Assembly (NCBI GenBank): GCA_004022145.1
Contig: RCNU01000002.1
Reading direction: 5' to 3' (one strand)
Length of the DNA: 64,000 nucleotides
Origin: Paecilomyces variotii
Lineage: Eukaryota
Below the pieces are notes generated by a model that did not search any database, was not told the DNA's origin, and was given only the letters and a program-made list of their open reading frames with translations. Below are positions 45,807-58,119 of this stretch, in pieces; position 1 is the first letter of the stretch, and every line of letters begins with the position of its first letter. A program made the translations under genes and the position numbers.

Positions 45807-48800
45807 GGTTGTAGTCCGCCTTCCTTCACAGCAAGGATGTATTATCTCGGGGGATCACTTGTAATTTGATCAGGCCTCACGAGACCGTGTGATAACGCCC
45901 GTCGCAATTGGACGCGAACCGTCCGGTTGAAACGAGTTCAGGCAGTCAATGCTCGTATCCCGTGGATCTTCTTGCGGGAGAATGACGCAGATCCTCCGCT
46001 GGGGCGTTCGATAAGAACGGGATGAGTTGCGCAATCTAAGGCGACTTCAGCACGAAAGAGAGATGGAATGGCCTTTAAAGAAAGAAAAATAAAAATATAA
46101 GAAGTAGAACTGTGATGCGCCAGACACAAAAGGCCCCTGCAGACAGCTCCACTGATCCAGGGCCAAGTCGACAGTTGTTCTCTGCTCCGGGGGAGGCTGG
46201 GCGTCATCGACGGGCGGAGAGAGCTTCACTCTACTTATCTTGCCAGTCGTGGTCCCATCCTCCTGTTTGCGGCTTTCCACTCCCGCCTTGCCTTTCAGAT
46301 AAATAAGATAGATAGATAGATCAATGTCGGTCCATTGCATCTCAGAATAAGAGCTCCTCAGTCTGAAACACTGGCTGTTGAAGTATACAGGCTGTCTCTG
46401 TCTGCGATCACATGTGAACAAGGCGCCTTGAGCACTGACAACACGCCAGCACTGACTGACTGGACTTTAGCTTCAACGCCCCGCGCAGCACCAGCACTGT
46501 GCGTTGGCTCTTTTGCGAATAATATGACCTGCCTTGGTGCTAATTCTGTCGATACCCAGCCTTCTCATAAGTATACCTTCATTTTTCTTGACAATTCCTA
46601 CTCGCTAACCCATAAAATGACTACAGGCTGCATACTCTATCTGCACACCGCTGGATTCAGCAAAATAAATGCAAGATCTAGATCAAAGCCTGATAGGAAA
46701 CCCGTTATTTTATGATGGGCAGAACATTCTAGAGGATACGGACACAGAGCGCCAGGCAGAAAAACTGTTCTTCTGGCTAACAATTACCCATTGTGGCGGA
46801 GGAAGGTTCAATAATTCTGTACAATCATGTTTCCCATTTTTTTCTGACGCATCCCGCATATTCTTGGGTACCCGATAACTTTCTTGCATTACCATATAGG
46901 TGTGGTCTGGGATACCATACTTAGCCTACAATATACTACTCAAGAGAGATGACAATCTATTGGCCATTGGTATTTATGCCTCAAAGAGATCGATCGAGAT
47001 AATAGCCTTGTAGTTAGTTAACTAGTGGCTATCAACTATTAGTTATGTTGCGCAGAGCCCCCAAGTCACGGATAGGTATTCTCGCCCGGTCGGCTTAGCG
47101 AAACGAACTATGGAGCGGACTAGCGAAGAAAGAAACAAAACAACTGACTTACTACTACTGTCTTAGATCGCTTTTTAATGCTTGACTGTCGAGAGAATGA
47201 CAGATCACAACAAATGTATTTTTCCCCAGGAAAGGCAAGTCTGGACAGTTACCTAAGCTACGAGACAGCATGCTGCTCATACAAGAGAGTTATTAGTGAT
47301 TAGTAGCCCGTTCGAGAGCTCACGCCTCTGGCGTCATGATTCGACGGGTGATAAGATAAGCCCCAGCTCTCTACGTAGCTATACCATTCGAGCTCATTGG
47401 CACATACGAAGCTTAGGTACGGAGTAATAATACTGGCCTCCTCTAAAACGTGCCTCAACTCTCTGCTGGCCGTGCAATGACTCTAATTAGTTGCCCATCA
47501 TAGCAATGGAGGTGCGCACGATGCAGGGGGTGAGGCCATTGACGGTGCAATCGGAGTCGCGCGGCACTTGTCGATTTGCAAAGTGCCACCAGGACCGCAA
47601 ACGGCCAGCATCCACGAAATCATATTGCGTTATGGTCGGGATGATCGTGGAGCAGCGAATACCATACTCTAGCACCCGAAGAGCGTATCAGTAGCTTGGT
47701 AGAGTAGGTACTCTGCGTCGTTGCAATAATATGGTAATCTAATAGTTAATCCATGATCTGCCGTCATCCAGCTTTCTTCTAGAGCCCAGTTTCGCCACAG
47801 ATTATTGCCATGGCACGGTCCATGTTCGACCTCCACAATAGATAGGGGGGTTTGGTGCATCGAGAGTACGTCACATCCCTGGGCATGTTGTCTCGTGTCG
47901 CTGACTCGCCGGGGAGCACAAAACGGGCTGGCCTTCTAGAAGACACTTGGAAAAAGGTTCCTCGACCGATCGAAGCTTCCACGCGTCGATAAAGGACCCC
48001 CAGGCCGAAACAGCGGCGCTGGACCCCGCGTCTTGGAGCCGCCATCGGTGGGCAACATGAACTGTCGGAATCGAGTTTAAAGTGTCATAGTCATAAGTAG
48101 CCGTTGATCCAGGTGTGCCGACGGGGAAGGCCTGAGAAGGAGTCAGTCCATCTCGAGTCGACATAGACAGACAACGTAGTTAGTTAAGACGACGTAGAAT
48201 AACCGAATGCCAGTCTAGCTAGCTAAGAGTCTGTAGACTCTCGAGTAGACGTACCATAAACTATTACTATTATTATTATTATTAGCTGCTCCTGCGTGCC
48301 TTGGGAAGTGGACGAAGGGGACGAAGGGGACACGCCCGGACCAGCACAGCATCGCACAGCTTCCGTCACTTCTTCTTGCTAAGTTACCTCCCCACCTCTC
48401 TCGACGGGCCCAGCAATAATCCAGCATCATCAATCACCCTGCATCACCAAAACCCTCCGGATCTGTCGTCTGTCCATCTCCTGGCTCTAATCTCTCTCGC
48501 GCTCTCTCTTCTCTTTTCCTCTCTCTCTCTCTCCCTCTGGCATTCTTCTGCTGGTCTGGCCGCTCCATTGCCTTCATCCGTGGTAACTGCTCGCCCCTAG
48601 CTGAACTGCTGGGGACAGTTGGATTCGACAGCTCCTCCTCTCTCATTCTCGCTACGCTCTCTTTCGCTGGGCAACCACCCCCCCATCCTCTACCCCCGTT
48701 ACATCTCGGCTGTTCTCCCGCAACGACAACCCGTCTTCCCAGGACAACTCTCGCGACCAGACGACGAACGAACAGTCTCTCCCTGACGTGACCCTCGGTC

Positions 48801-49059
48801 TCAGCCAGCCCTGGGAACAAGGTCCAGCGGTCGACCAAGCCGTGAGCCCCGCAATCCACGGACGGGCGTCGTCTAAAACGGGACCTTAAGAAATCACATT
48901 GCATTTACAGCTTAAACGCACGGCGAGACTTTGGAACGCTGTCTTTCTGGTGCTCCAATTAGACAATCCCCCTCCCCGATACCCACTTCCCAGATGACCC
49001 AGCATCGACTCCCCCCCCTCCTCTCAGTTGCTGATCAGTCTTCGTATCTGTCACGCCAA

Positions 49060-50484
49060 ATGTCGTTCGATACCCTTCCTCTCTCATACAAAAACGAGAT
49101 AAACACCCTTAACCGGGAGGTTCTCAAACACCAGCCGTCAGATATCTTGCAGTTCTGCGCCAACTTCTTCCTGCGGCGGCTGGAGTCTCAGCGCGCTGAG
49201 TTCCTACTCGCTCAAGAGCAGTTTGGCCTTGGCCGGAGTCCTGGCCTCACCGGCCGCAGCGGTGATAACATGGCCGAAAGCACATTTCCCGGGACCAATC
49301 CCTGGGGAAAGAGCGGCAGCAACCTGTCAACCCCGCGCTTTCAGATGATCACAGAGGAGGACGAATTCGACATCACGTCACCGACAGACGCTACCTTTCA
49401 AGAGCTAAAGGACGCTCCGCCGTCAGGAGAGCTCTTTTCGGGATATCGCGCCGACTCCAACGAAGACCCCATTGCAAGCAGCCAGTCTGAAGAGGAGAAT
49501 GAAGGAGGTGACTCGAGTGCTCCGCCCACAGGATTCCGCCCTGCTGGGACGCCGAATCAAGGATTCCCCAACAACTACGCCCTGGGACGACGTACATCAG
49601 TGTCAGCGGAGTCTCTGAATCCTACGTCGTCTGGCGCGGAGGGCTGGATGCCTCCATACCACCCGAAGACTGAGCAGCAGCTTGGCCGATTGAAGACAGC
49701 CGTGAGTGGGAACTTCCTGTTTTCTCACTTGGACGATGAACAATTCAAGACTGTGCTGAATGCGCTGGTCGAGAAACCGATTCCGGCCAAGGATATCAAG
49801 GTTATCGCCCAAGGTGATGCGGGAGACTACTTCTACGTTGTCGAGGAAGGATATTTTGACGTGTACATTCATCCTGCCGGTTCCGTGCAGCCCGGCCCCG
49901 ATGGCTTGGGCAACAAGGTCGCTTCAATTGGGCCTGGCGGTTCGTTTGGAGAGCTGGCTCTCATGTACAATGCGCCTCGCGCAGCGACAGTGGTCTCGGC
50001 AGACTCCAAGTGCACCTTGTGGGCTCTTGATCGCATTACTTTCCGTCGGATCCTCATGGACTCTGCCTTCCAGCGACGTCGTATGTACGAAGCCTTTTTG
50101 GAGGAAGTTCCGCTGTTGTCGTCCCTCAAACCGTACGAGAGGGCCAAGATTGCGGATGCACTCGACACGATTAAATATCCTGCTGGCTCCACTATCATCT
50201 CTGAAGGTGATCCTGGTGATGCTTTTTATCTGCTGGAATCTGGCGAGGCCGAGGCATTCAAGCGTGGCGTCGAAGGCCCCGTCAAATCTTACCAGCGGGG
50301 TGACTTTTTCGGAGAACTGGCACTGCTAGACGAGAAACCTCGTGCGGCTAGTGTTATTTCCAAGACCGAGGTTAAAGTAGCCCGTCTGGGGCGGGATGGA
50401 TTCAAGAGACTCATGGGACCGGTTGAAGATATCATGAGACGGACGGAGTATCCTATCGATCCGTCCAAGAGGACTTCAATTTAA
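49060..50484 (+). CDS. pkaR: cAMP-dependent protein kinase regulatory subunit
   Basis: Dimerisation/docking-like REVLKHQPSDILQFCANFF, inhibitor site RRTSVSAE, two cNMP-binding cassettes FGELALMYNAPRAAT and FGELALLDEKPRAAS; intronless. Start codon uncertain (48994, 49060 or 49270). Confidence 0.96.
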   Translation: MSFDTLPLSYKNEINTLNREVLKHQPSDILQFCANFFLRRLESQRAEFLLAQEQFGLGRSPGLTGRSGDNMAESTFPGTNPWGKSGSNLSTPRFQMITEEDEFDITSPTDATFQELKDAPPSGELFSGYRADSNEDPIASSQSEEENEGGDSSAPPTGFRPAGTPNQGFPNNYALGRRTSVSAESLNPTSSGAEGWMPPYHPKTEQQLGRLKTAVSGNFLFSHLDDEQFKTVLNALVEKPIPAKDIKVIAQGDAGDYFYVVEEGYFDVYIHPAGSVQPGPDGLGNKVASIGPGGSFGELALMYNAPRAATVVSADSKCTLWALDRITFRRILMDSAFQRRRMYEAFLEEVPLLSSLKPYERAKIADALDTIKYPAGSTIISEGDPGDAFYLLESGEAEAFKRGVEGPVKSYQRGDFFGELALLDEKPRAASVISKTEVKVARLGRDGFKRLMGPVEDIMRRTEYPIDPSKRTSI

Positions 50485-51420
50485 AACTGATCCGCCACGG
50501 TAGAGAAGTGGCTCTGTCGCGGTTATACCCATGAGTGTATCCTTCTTGGTAGTGTCTCCCCAGAGACTTGGAAGAATACAGTCGATTTTGTGATCGATTC
50601 TGATGTCGCAGATATCAAGCAACTGCTGTCCCCTTGGACGCAGGAAACGAATGTGGCTGCAGGACATCCGGCTCCACATTCAATGCCTTAATACATATAG
50701 GATTTTTATTACCCTATACTTCCGTTCTGATCAAATATCATGCTTCTTTTTTGGGTCACTAGCTATTCTCACACATTCCCCTACTTGCGGTCTTTTCCTG
50801 GTCAGAGCTCGGCTGGTGGCATTGTCCCTTTGCAGGACCTCATGTCCTGTATCTCCAGCTAAAATATAGTCTTCTTATTCCTTCTGTCTCGGACTACTCC
50901 CTACTCTCTACTTTCTCCAGTCGAAAAGGCAGTCAGACCTGTCTGATTATCACATATACACTAGCATAGCCACTCTTTTTTCCTTTGCATTCTTTTATTC
51001 TCTCCCATCGTTTTCCGACTTGATTCACTCGTGGGCGATGAATCATGAGTTATCTACTGTTTTTCTTTTCTTTTCTTTTCTTTTCTCCTTTATTAAATCG
51101 TCTGGTCTGGGATGGAGTGTGTACCGTACTTTGTGGGATTATGGCTTAACCTTTTACCTAGTCTGTACTCAAATATATTTCATTTGACATCACTTTGGAT
51201 AATTGGTCCTTTCTATAGTAGAATGTTTTTATTATTGTTGTTTTCTAGTAATGACTATATGTATGTGATATCATTGAAATGGCCAAGCCTCGCAAGCAGG
51301 AGGCAAGGCCTAGATAGTATCAGGAGTAGTAGAATTCATCTTCTGCTGTAAGACTCAACACCAGTACCTAGTTATATATAGTCTTTCTACAACAAACATC
51401 TCGTCATAATCATCATCATC

Positions 51421-52369
51421 TCATCGACCAACAACCAAATCACTCCTAACAACCCATTTCTCCCCACTAGTGACTCTCTTGCCCTCGTGGAGTAAACAGT
51501 GCTCACCGTGCCGATGCAGTAGCGCCATGCCGACCTCTGGAGCGACGGAGATCGGTTCCGGTGACCGATCCGTGGGTGTCGGGTCAGGGTAGAAGACGGT
51601 TTCGCCGCCGGAGCAGTTGGTGAGGTAGATGAGGAGGGTCCATGTCGTGCGAGCGGCTATGGGATTGTTCTGGGTGGCCGGTTTAAAAGTGAGGGTGTTG
51701 GAGTCGTCGTCTATTGTGGGAATGAGATTAGTTTGTTAGTTTGTTTTGTTGTTGTCATTGTTGGATGATTTCATAACAAAAATTGATGATGTATGAGATG
51801 CGTCGGAGAGTAATAATTGGGGGGGGGGGGGGATCAATGTCTGGACCGGGTATTATCAGGAAGAAGGGAATATATAGAATAATAAGAGTTTTTGACTCAC
51901 AATGCTGCGCAAAGAATTGGCCTGGAGAATAACGATATATTCTTATATTCGGATTCAACCCCAGAGGATTCCCACCCCAAGTCTGACGAAGCATTGCTTG
52001 CGTGGCATCGCTGTCTAGACTGCCCTCAACCAAGTCCTTTAGTGCTGTCGAACTCCATAGCATCTCAGCAAATCGAGCATCGTCGATTTGAAACCGATCA
52101 TTGACCCGCACGGCCTCTCCCTTTTTTGGCCTGCTGGGAGTGGTGATCAATGGTAGCGAGGCGAGGAATGAGACATAGTTTTTACAGAGGGTCGAAGTGA
52201 AGAAGTTGCGAATGATGTATATCTGGTCCTCTACGAGGGACTCGAGATATAGATCGGACGCGGGGACTAGAGGGCGCAGGGGAGGCCAGTTGGGAGCTGG
52301 CTCTTCTTTCTTTTGACCTTGGGTGGTGCCTTTAATTTTGATAGGTTCTTTCTTCGACTTTGGAGGCAT
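51421..52369 (-). CDS. 2-oxoglutarate/Fe(II)-dependent oxygenase (prolyl-4-hydroxylase-like), intron about 51712-51899
   Basis: RIYRYSPGQFFAQH spliced to YDDSN (HxD), WTLLIYL, GGETVFY, CLLHEG (distal His), KWVVRSD. Confidence 0.85.
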
Positions 52370-53403
52370 GGCTGAGGGGAGGAGGGGTAAACAAGGCGGA
52401 TCGGCCAACAAGTTTAATTCGAATATCTAGAGATTGTATTCTGCTTTTTGTTTCCCTTTTTGATCTCTTTTGCAGTGGAATGATGGCCTTTTAGTCTGCA
52501 TGTACAGTTTGTTAGGGTGATCAACCAGCTTGTCTTGTCTAGTACGTGGCGGGATCGATTGGGTCCGGTCCGAAGAACGGGGAGAAAGAGATCAATAATA
52601 ATCAGGTCGGAAAAAGTGATTGTCAATAGGAAGTGAATAATTTGAAGGATCTGTTGAAACAGATCTTTGTCTGAATCTCAAGGTCAAAGACGATTCTTTC
52701 TTTCTTTCTTTCTCCCAACCTCGAACAGCAAGCTTATTTTGAAGGCTTGAACTTGATAACCGAAACGATAACGAGCAACAGGTTAACTTAATCACGGGCT
52801 AAAGAGACTGGCATTATTATGGCATAGGTCCTAGGATAATACTCGAAGCAGGGACCACCAGCGACATCGACAAGGTTTTGCCAGTAGTGGACCAGAGCCA
52901 GCCAGAAATTAGAATGGACTGGCGAGGCAGAGGGCGGGGCAGGCTAGAAGAAAAAAGCCGGCAGAAACAGAGGGGAAACGGCAGGAGGGGAAGGCAAAGA
53001 TCGACAGAAGAGAAAGAGCCAGCGGACGGGCTGGATCGAGGCCATCTGCTGCTTTCTCCTGGAGAATCTGTCAGACTGGCGAGATGGATTGATCGAGAGA
53101 AGAAGAAGAAGAAGAAGAAGAAGAAGAAGAAGAAGACAGACTTACTCTAGAAACCCCGTGATCGATGCCTGCAGGGAGCCGCGCAGCCGCCTGAGGCAGC
53201 CACGCTAGACCGCAAGGAGATATTTTCTGGCCAGGCCGCGGAACCGCCAAGCGTGATTGGCGCGGGATACGGGAAGCGCCAAGCGCCTTTTGCGCGTTTT
53301 CAAAATCCGCCCGCCAGTTAAGATTGAGACTCCTCACGATAGCCTCAAACCTCACCGCCCTGCTTTGGTTCTTCAGCCTCAGTATCCTGGCAGCAGCGTT
53401 GTC

Positions 53404-56400
53404 ATGTCGTCGTCGCAGACCATGACAGCGCCAGCGGTGGGCCGTCGTCCTCCTGACCCGGGTCCGGACATGGCTCTCTACGACTATGCCGCTACAAAGC
53501 CCCAAGACAACATCTCCTCCCCGCGCGACGACTCCGCAATGCGCGCCCTGCATAATTCTGCCTTCGACGACATAGATGGCTCCCAGGACGACCTCGCCGC
53601 TCTCACCGGTGCTGCAGGAACCGCAATGGACCCGGAACATGCCCCTGGTCTCGCCGTATCGGGGGAACCGCAGACGCAGTCCGACGTTGACAAGCAGTCC
53701 GCCGCCAGCTCCCTTCTCGCTCAACTCCTCGGGAATCAGAATCAGCCATCAGGAACGCCAGCGCAAGGGAACCAACCGGAACAACAGCAGTCAGTTGACG
53801 TTTCGCAAGAAAATGGTCTGTCTCAGGGCCAGTCCTCGAGAGAGCAGCCGGAGCAGTCGATAGAGCTGCAGACAACCGAAACGCAGGATGCAATACTTTC
53901 CAGACCTGATCCGCAGAACTTTTCGAATGAGAATCAGATACAAAACGGCTCAGAGGACCAGCAGAACGGCGATCGGATGATAAAGGAGGAGCCCGTTTCG
54001 GGGACACTGGACTTCCCGGCACTCGATGGAGACCGTCCGCTCATGAAGCAGGACCAACAACATACGGACTTATTCCCTTCTTTCGACATGACTGCGCCCC
54101 CGAAAGATGCACTCGAGGCGCTTCAGCAGAACGAGATGCTCACTGCAAACTTCCTGTCTCAAGGCCTTGATATGTCTTCGCTGCCCGAGATACCCGGATA
54201 CTCGCAAGCCTATCACGACGCAACGACATCCATTGCCGGCTCCGAACCCCGTATCCAAGCCTTCGCAAAACTCGAATTCGATGATGGCCACTTCTACGTA
54301 AACACCTACTCCTTTACTCTCGGGCGCGATGTTCGAGCGGCCCGAGCAGCCTTCCAACGGGAACTACAAGCACGACAAGCCATGGGAAGGGCATCCCGGA
54401 CGAAGAGCTCGAGTGGTGGCAACACATCTCACACACCCAACCGTGTGAAACGTGAAGGTAGCGCCATAATAGGTAGCGTTGTCAGTGATCGAGGCGGTAT
54501 TATGGGGTTTGATCCGGACGTCCCTCCGCATATGCCTGCGCAAAGAAGCAGGAGATCCTCAAACTCGTCCTTTGCAGAATCTGGGGCCTTACATGCCACA
54601 CCGGCTCAACTACAAGCCAATCATACGGATTACAATGCCCTCGCTTTGCAGTCCCTTTACGAAGGTAGCGGAGACGCAAAACCTGTGGATACGTTAGCTT
54701 TGCTCCCGTCGCCTGACGCCTGTCCTACGATCCCAATTCACCCGCCTGCTACCGCTGATGGTAGCGCAGCTGGACACCGAGGGATCTCAAGGAAACACGT
54801 AAAAATCGCCTACAATTTCGACAAGAATTTCTTCGAGATGGAAGTCATCGGAAGAAACGGTGCCTTCATTGGAGCTGACTGGCTGGCTCCGGGTCAGATC
54901 AGACCACTACACAGTGGAGATTATATCCAAATAGGAGGAGTGCGGATACGTTTCTTGCTGCCGGATGTACCAATTGGAGAAACTGGAGCTGAAAGAGCTG
55001 AAGAGTCTTTCATGGAGGAAGAAGAAAAGGCCATCACTGCAACCTCCGTGGCTGAAGAAAGCGCGGTTGGAAACGAGATAGAAGCCACCGGAGAAGCTGA
55101 AAGCGACGTTGGAGAAGACAAAGACCAGTCAAAGGTGACTAAGATAGTCTTCAAGAACAAGGAGTCGGATGCATCGCAACCAAGACCATCCGTCGAAGAC
55201 ACTCCGGACTCGTCACAGCAACCTGTAAAGCGGCGTGGTCCTGGACGCCCGCCGAAGGATGGCATCATGTCAAAGCGTGAACGTGCAGAGATCGCAAGAG
55301 AGCAAAAACTTGCTGCGAAACGTGAGGCGAATGGCGGAGTCACCCCGCCTCCCTCAAGCAGATCGAAGGTTGGACGGCCACGGAAAGATTCCGATGGTGA
55401 TGAAGCCAGTATCATCAAGCCCGAGAAACGGAAATACACCAAGAGGAAGAGATCTGATGGTACTTACGTGGATGTCCCGATTCCTTCGACAGAGGGTGGA
55501 GATCCAGCCCTCCCGATGCCTCAGGAAGAATATCCCAAGCCTCCTCCCGTCAAGAAACGCAAGCCATCGCGATCACCGTCTCCGAACTACCCTCCAGAGT
55601 CTGCCTATACCCCTGAGGACCTGGCGAAGCCGCCTTACAATTACGCTGTTCTGATTTTCGACGCTCTGACCGAATCACCCACTCCAATGACCTTGAAGCA
55701 GATCTATCGAGCTCTCAAGCTCAAATACCCTTATTTCCGCTTCAAGTGCGAAACAGAAGGCTGGACGTCCAGTGTACGGCACAATCTTAATGGTAATAGC
55801 CACCTGTTTATGCATGCTGAGCGAGACGGGAAAGGCTGGTCCTGGCAACTTCGTCCGGGCGCGTCGGTCGAGAAAGAGAAGAAGAGAAGGCCCTCGCCTC
55901 CTCCACCATCCCAACCTACGAATACTACAGTTGGTGCGCAGCATTACATGCCGCCTCCGAGCCAGAACTATTCCAATCCACAGAGCGTGCCAGCCCATCT
56001 CAGGAATCAGCAGTACCAGTTTCCATCGATGCCGACGAATCCGTACAATCCTCCAGCGCCTACACCTCAACATACAAGCCCTTACGCTCCCCAGTCGCCG
56101 TTCCCCATCACCAATCCTTTGCGAAATAATCTTCCACCTGCGTTTGCCCAGACTACACCTTCTACCTACACATCTCCTTACGCATCCGACCCGCCACCAC
56201 AGCTCACACAACTCCAGCAGCAGCAACAACAGCAACCACAGCAGCAACCACAACAACAGCCGCAACAACACCAACCTCAGCTACCTGGAGGGGTGCCAAT
56301 GCAGCAACACTCCCCCTATGCACCACAGATCCCGCCCCAGCTGTCGAACATCAATCCTCAGCAGCAAGCTCCGCCACAGCAACAAGTTCCGCCGGCACCA

Positions 56401-56700
56401 CCGCCAATGCAGCACCAAGCCTCCCATCCACCGGAGCCGAGTCCGATGCCCATGGACAACCAAGATACTCTTTCTTTCAATGAGCGAGCCAACAAGGCCA
56501 TTGACGACTTCGAAGCTGTGCTCATGGAAGACTATGAGGACAAAAACTATATCCGTGAAGTTCTCAAGAGTGCTCGTGCTCGTGCTCTGGGCCATGCTCA
56601 AGAAAGCTCCTTCCCTGGCGGTGAGCCGAAGGACGAAGCAGTCCTTGTCGATGCGTTGAAGAACTTGATCGGAAGTTTGAAAGAGGAAGGTAGTAATTGA
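53404..56700 (+). CDS. fhl1: FHA and forkhead domain transcription factor, Fhl1-like
   Basis: IQAFAKLEFDDG..TLGR and ISRKHVKIAYNF..GRNGAF (FHA); KPPYNYAVLI..IY..YPYF..WTSSVRHNL (forkhead); Gln/Pro-rich tail. First in-frame ATG is 53404. Confidence 0.88.
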   Translation: MSSSQTMTAPAVGRRPPDPGPDMALYDYAATKPQDNISSPRDDSAMRALHNSAFDDIDGSQDDLAALTGAAGTAMDPEHAPGLAVSGEPQTQSDVDKQSAASSLLAQLLGNQNQPSGTPAQGNQPEQQQSVDVSQENGLSQGQSSREQPEQSIELQTTETQDAILSRPDPQNFSNENQIQNGSEDQQNGDRMIKEEPVSGTLDFPALDGDRPLMKQDQQHTDLFPSFDMTAPPKDALEALQQNEMLTANFLSQGLDMSSLPEIPGYSQAYHDATTSIAGSEPRIQAFAKLEFDDGHFYVNTYSFTLGRDVRAARAAFQRELQARQAMGRASRTKSSSGGNTSHTPNRVKREGSAIIGSVVSDRGGIMGFDPDVPPHMPAQRSRRSSNSSFAESGALHATPAQLQANHTDYNALALQSLYEGSGDAKPVDTLALLPSPDACPTIPIHPPATADGSAAGHRGISRKHVKIAYNFDKNFFEMEVIGRNGAFIGADWLAPGQIRPLHSGDYIQIGGVRIRFLLPDVPIGETGAERAEESFMEEEEKAITATSVAEESAVGNEIEATGEAESDVGEDKDQSKVTKIVFKNKESDASQPRPSVEDTPDSSQQPVKRRGPGRPPKDGIMSKRERAEIAREQKLAAKREANGGVTPPPSSRSKVGRPRKDSDGDEASIIKPEKRKYTKRKRSDGTYVDVPIPSTEGGDPALPMPQEEYPKPPPVKKRKPSRSPSPNYPPESAYTPEDLAKPPYNYAVLIFDALTESPTPMTLKQIYRALKLKYPYFRFKCETEGWTSSVRHNLNGNSHLFMHAERDGKGWSWQLRPGASVEKEKKRRPSPPPPSQPTNTTVGAQHYMPPPSQNYSNPQSVPAHLRNQQYQFPSMPTNPYNPPAPTPQHTSPYAPQSPFPITNPLRNNLPPAFAQTTPSTYTSPYASDPPPQLTQLQQQQQQQPQQQPQQQPQQHQPQLPGGVPMQQHSPYAPQIPPQLSNINPQQQAPPQQQVPPAPPPMQHQASHPPEPSPMPMDNQDTLSFNERANKAIDDFEAVLMEDYEDKNYIREVLKSARARALGHAQESSFPGGEPKDEAVLVDALKNLIGSLKEEGSN

Positions 56701-58119
56701 GGTCGATCGGCTTCTGAGATTGACTGATACTCTCGAAGGACAATGTACTCATTCTTCGAGAGATGTCCTTCGACTTCTTGCTGCCGTTCGCACTCCTTTA
56801 TTGAACGATTTACGAACTGGGCATATGATCTTTGTAGGGAGACCTATCTCTGGCTTGTTGGAATTTTGCTTGTTGCACCGATAGTAATCTTTCTTGTCTG
56901 CTGTATCTGGGAGCTCTGGGATAATCATACATCCCTTAGCTTACAGATCGCCTATGCGCATGCATGAGTATGAGTTACGGAAACTTCGTTTGATGATATC
57001 CACATGTGTTTGTTTTTGGGATCGCGCTTCTTTCTTTTTCCTCGCCCCAGTATTTGAAAGTAACCAGAACTTTCAAACTATCTACCTCAGGCGGTACCCT
57101 GTTTATATTGTTTATGTCTCCCCCACCTTTTCTTGCGGAGCATTATATCTTCCTATCTCCCGGGCGGACCCGGACCGGTGGGTGGTAAAGGATACAGAAA
57201 AAACGGAGTTCGTCAGGTGTGTTTCTGTTTATTTTCTCTCCCATCTCATGTTCTACTTACTAGTCAAGAACATGAGAGAACAAAAAGCAAATACTAAAGG
57301 AATGTTCTTTTCACTCTCCCCTGGGACTACTCATACTCTCAAAAAGAAAACCGGGCGTCTTCCAAATTCTACCCGCGCCAGTTTTTCTTTTTTTGTGTCT
57401 TCTTTTCTAGCTAGATTTCCGTCATTTATACCTTCCAAGTCTAGCTGTGTGGAAATCAAATCACGTCCAAGTCCCATCGATTTTGTCTTTCCCCGTGCAC
57501 TACGCACGTTAAGCGTAGACTAGGCCTTCTATAAACATACTTAAGGTCAGATGGAGATTATCTATCTGGTCGACTCTTTTTTTTTAAGTAGCAGTCGGTC
57601 GAAGTTGGATTCTTTTTTCACGCTTTGCGCAATACTTCACTTCCCTTGGCAACTTTGCGTTTTAGAGAAGTATCCGTATAAGAAGAGAAATAAATGCTAG
57701 GTCCGCGGGAAATCAAGCAGCAGAGTTATACCACCGGTTATGTACTTAAATACAGCGTTGACTCGTCTCAAGTAGAAAAAAAGCAAATCATTCAAGTAAT
57801 TCTTCGTGGATATATGAATTATTCTTTGGATAGCCAACCTAAGACACTGTATCGACGGCCGCCCATCAATAAAGGGGGGGGGAAGGCGCCTCGGCAATGG
57901 AAACGCAAGATATCAGACACACACAAGAGGAAAAGAAAAAAGGAACCGGTTACGCCATCCATATATGAAGGTAAGGTAGGAGGATGAGAGAGCAGGTACT
58001 TTGAGAACTGGGCTCAATAGTACAGGGAGAAGCGAATGGATGGCCAAAAAGGGGATTTCGGAAAAGGCATTCGGCTGGTTGTGGGATGGTGTGAGTTTGT
58101 GATATGTAGTGAGGATGAT

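Noticed and set aside
51421-52369. 2OG-Fe(II) oxygenase, amidase or second MFS as cluster tailoring genes
   Set aside because: Separated from the core by housekeeping genes (CBM48 protein, pkaR, cccA); no support for membership.
53098-53135. (GAA)n microsatellite upstream of fhl1
   Set aside because: Ordinary simple repeat; the poly-Lys and poly-Ser ORFs over it are artefacts.
56894-57523. 209-aa ORF downstream of fhl1
   Set aside because: Non-ATG start and Phe/Ser-rich composition typical of a pyrimidine-rich 3' UTR.
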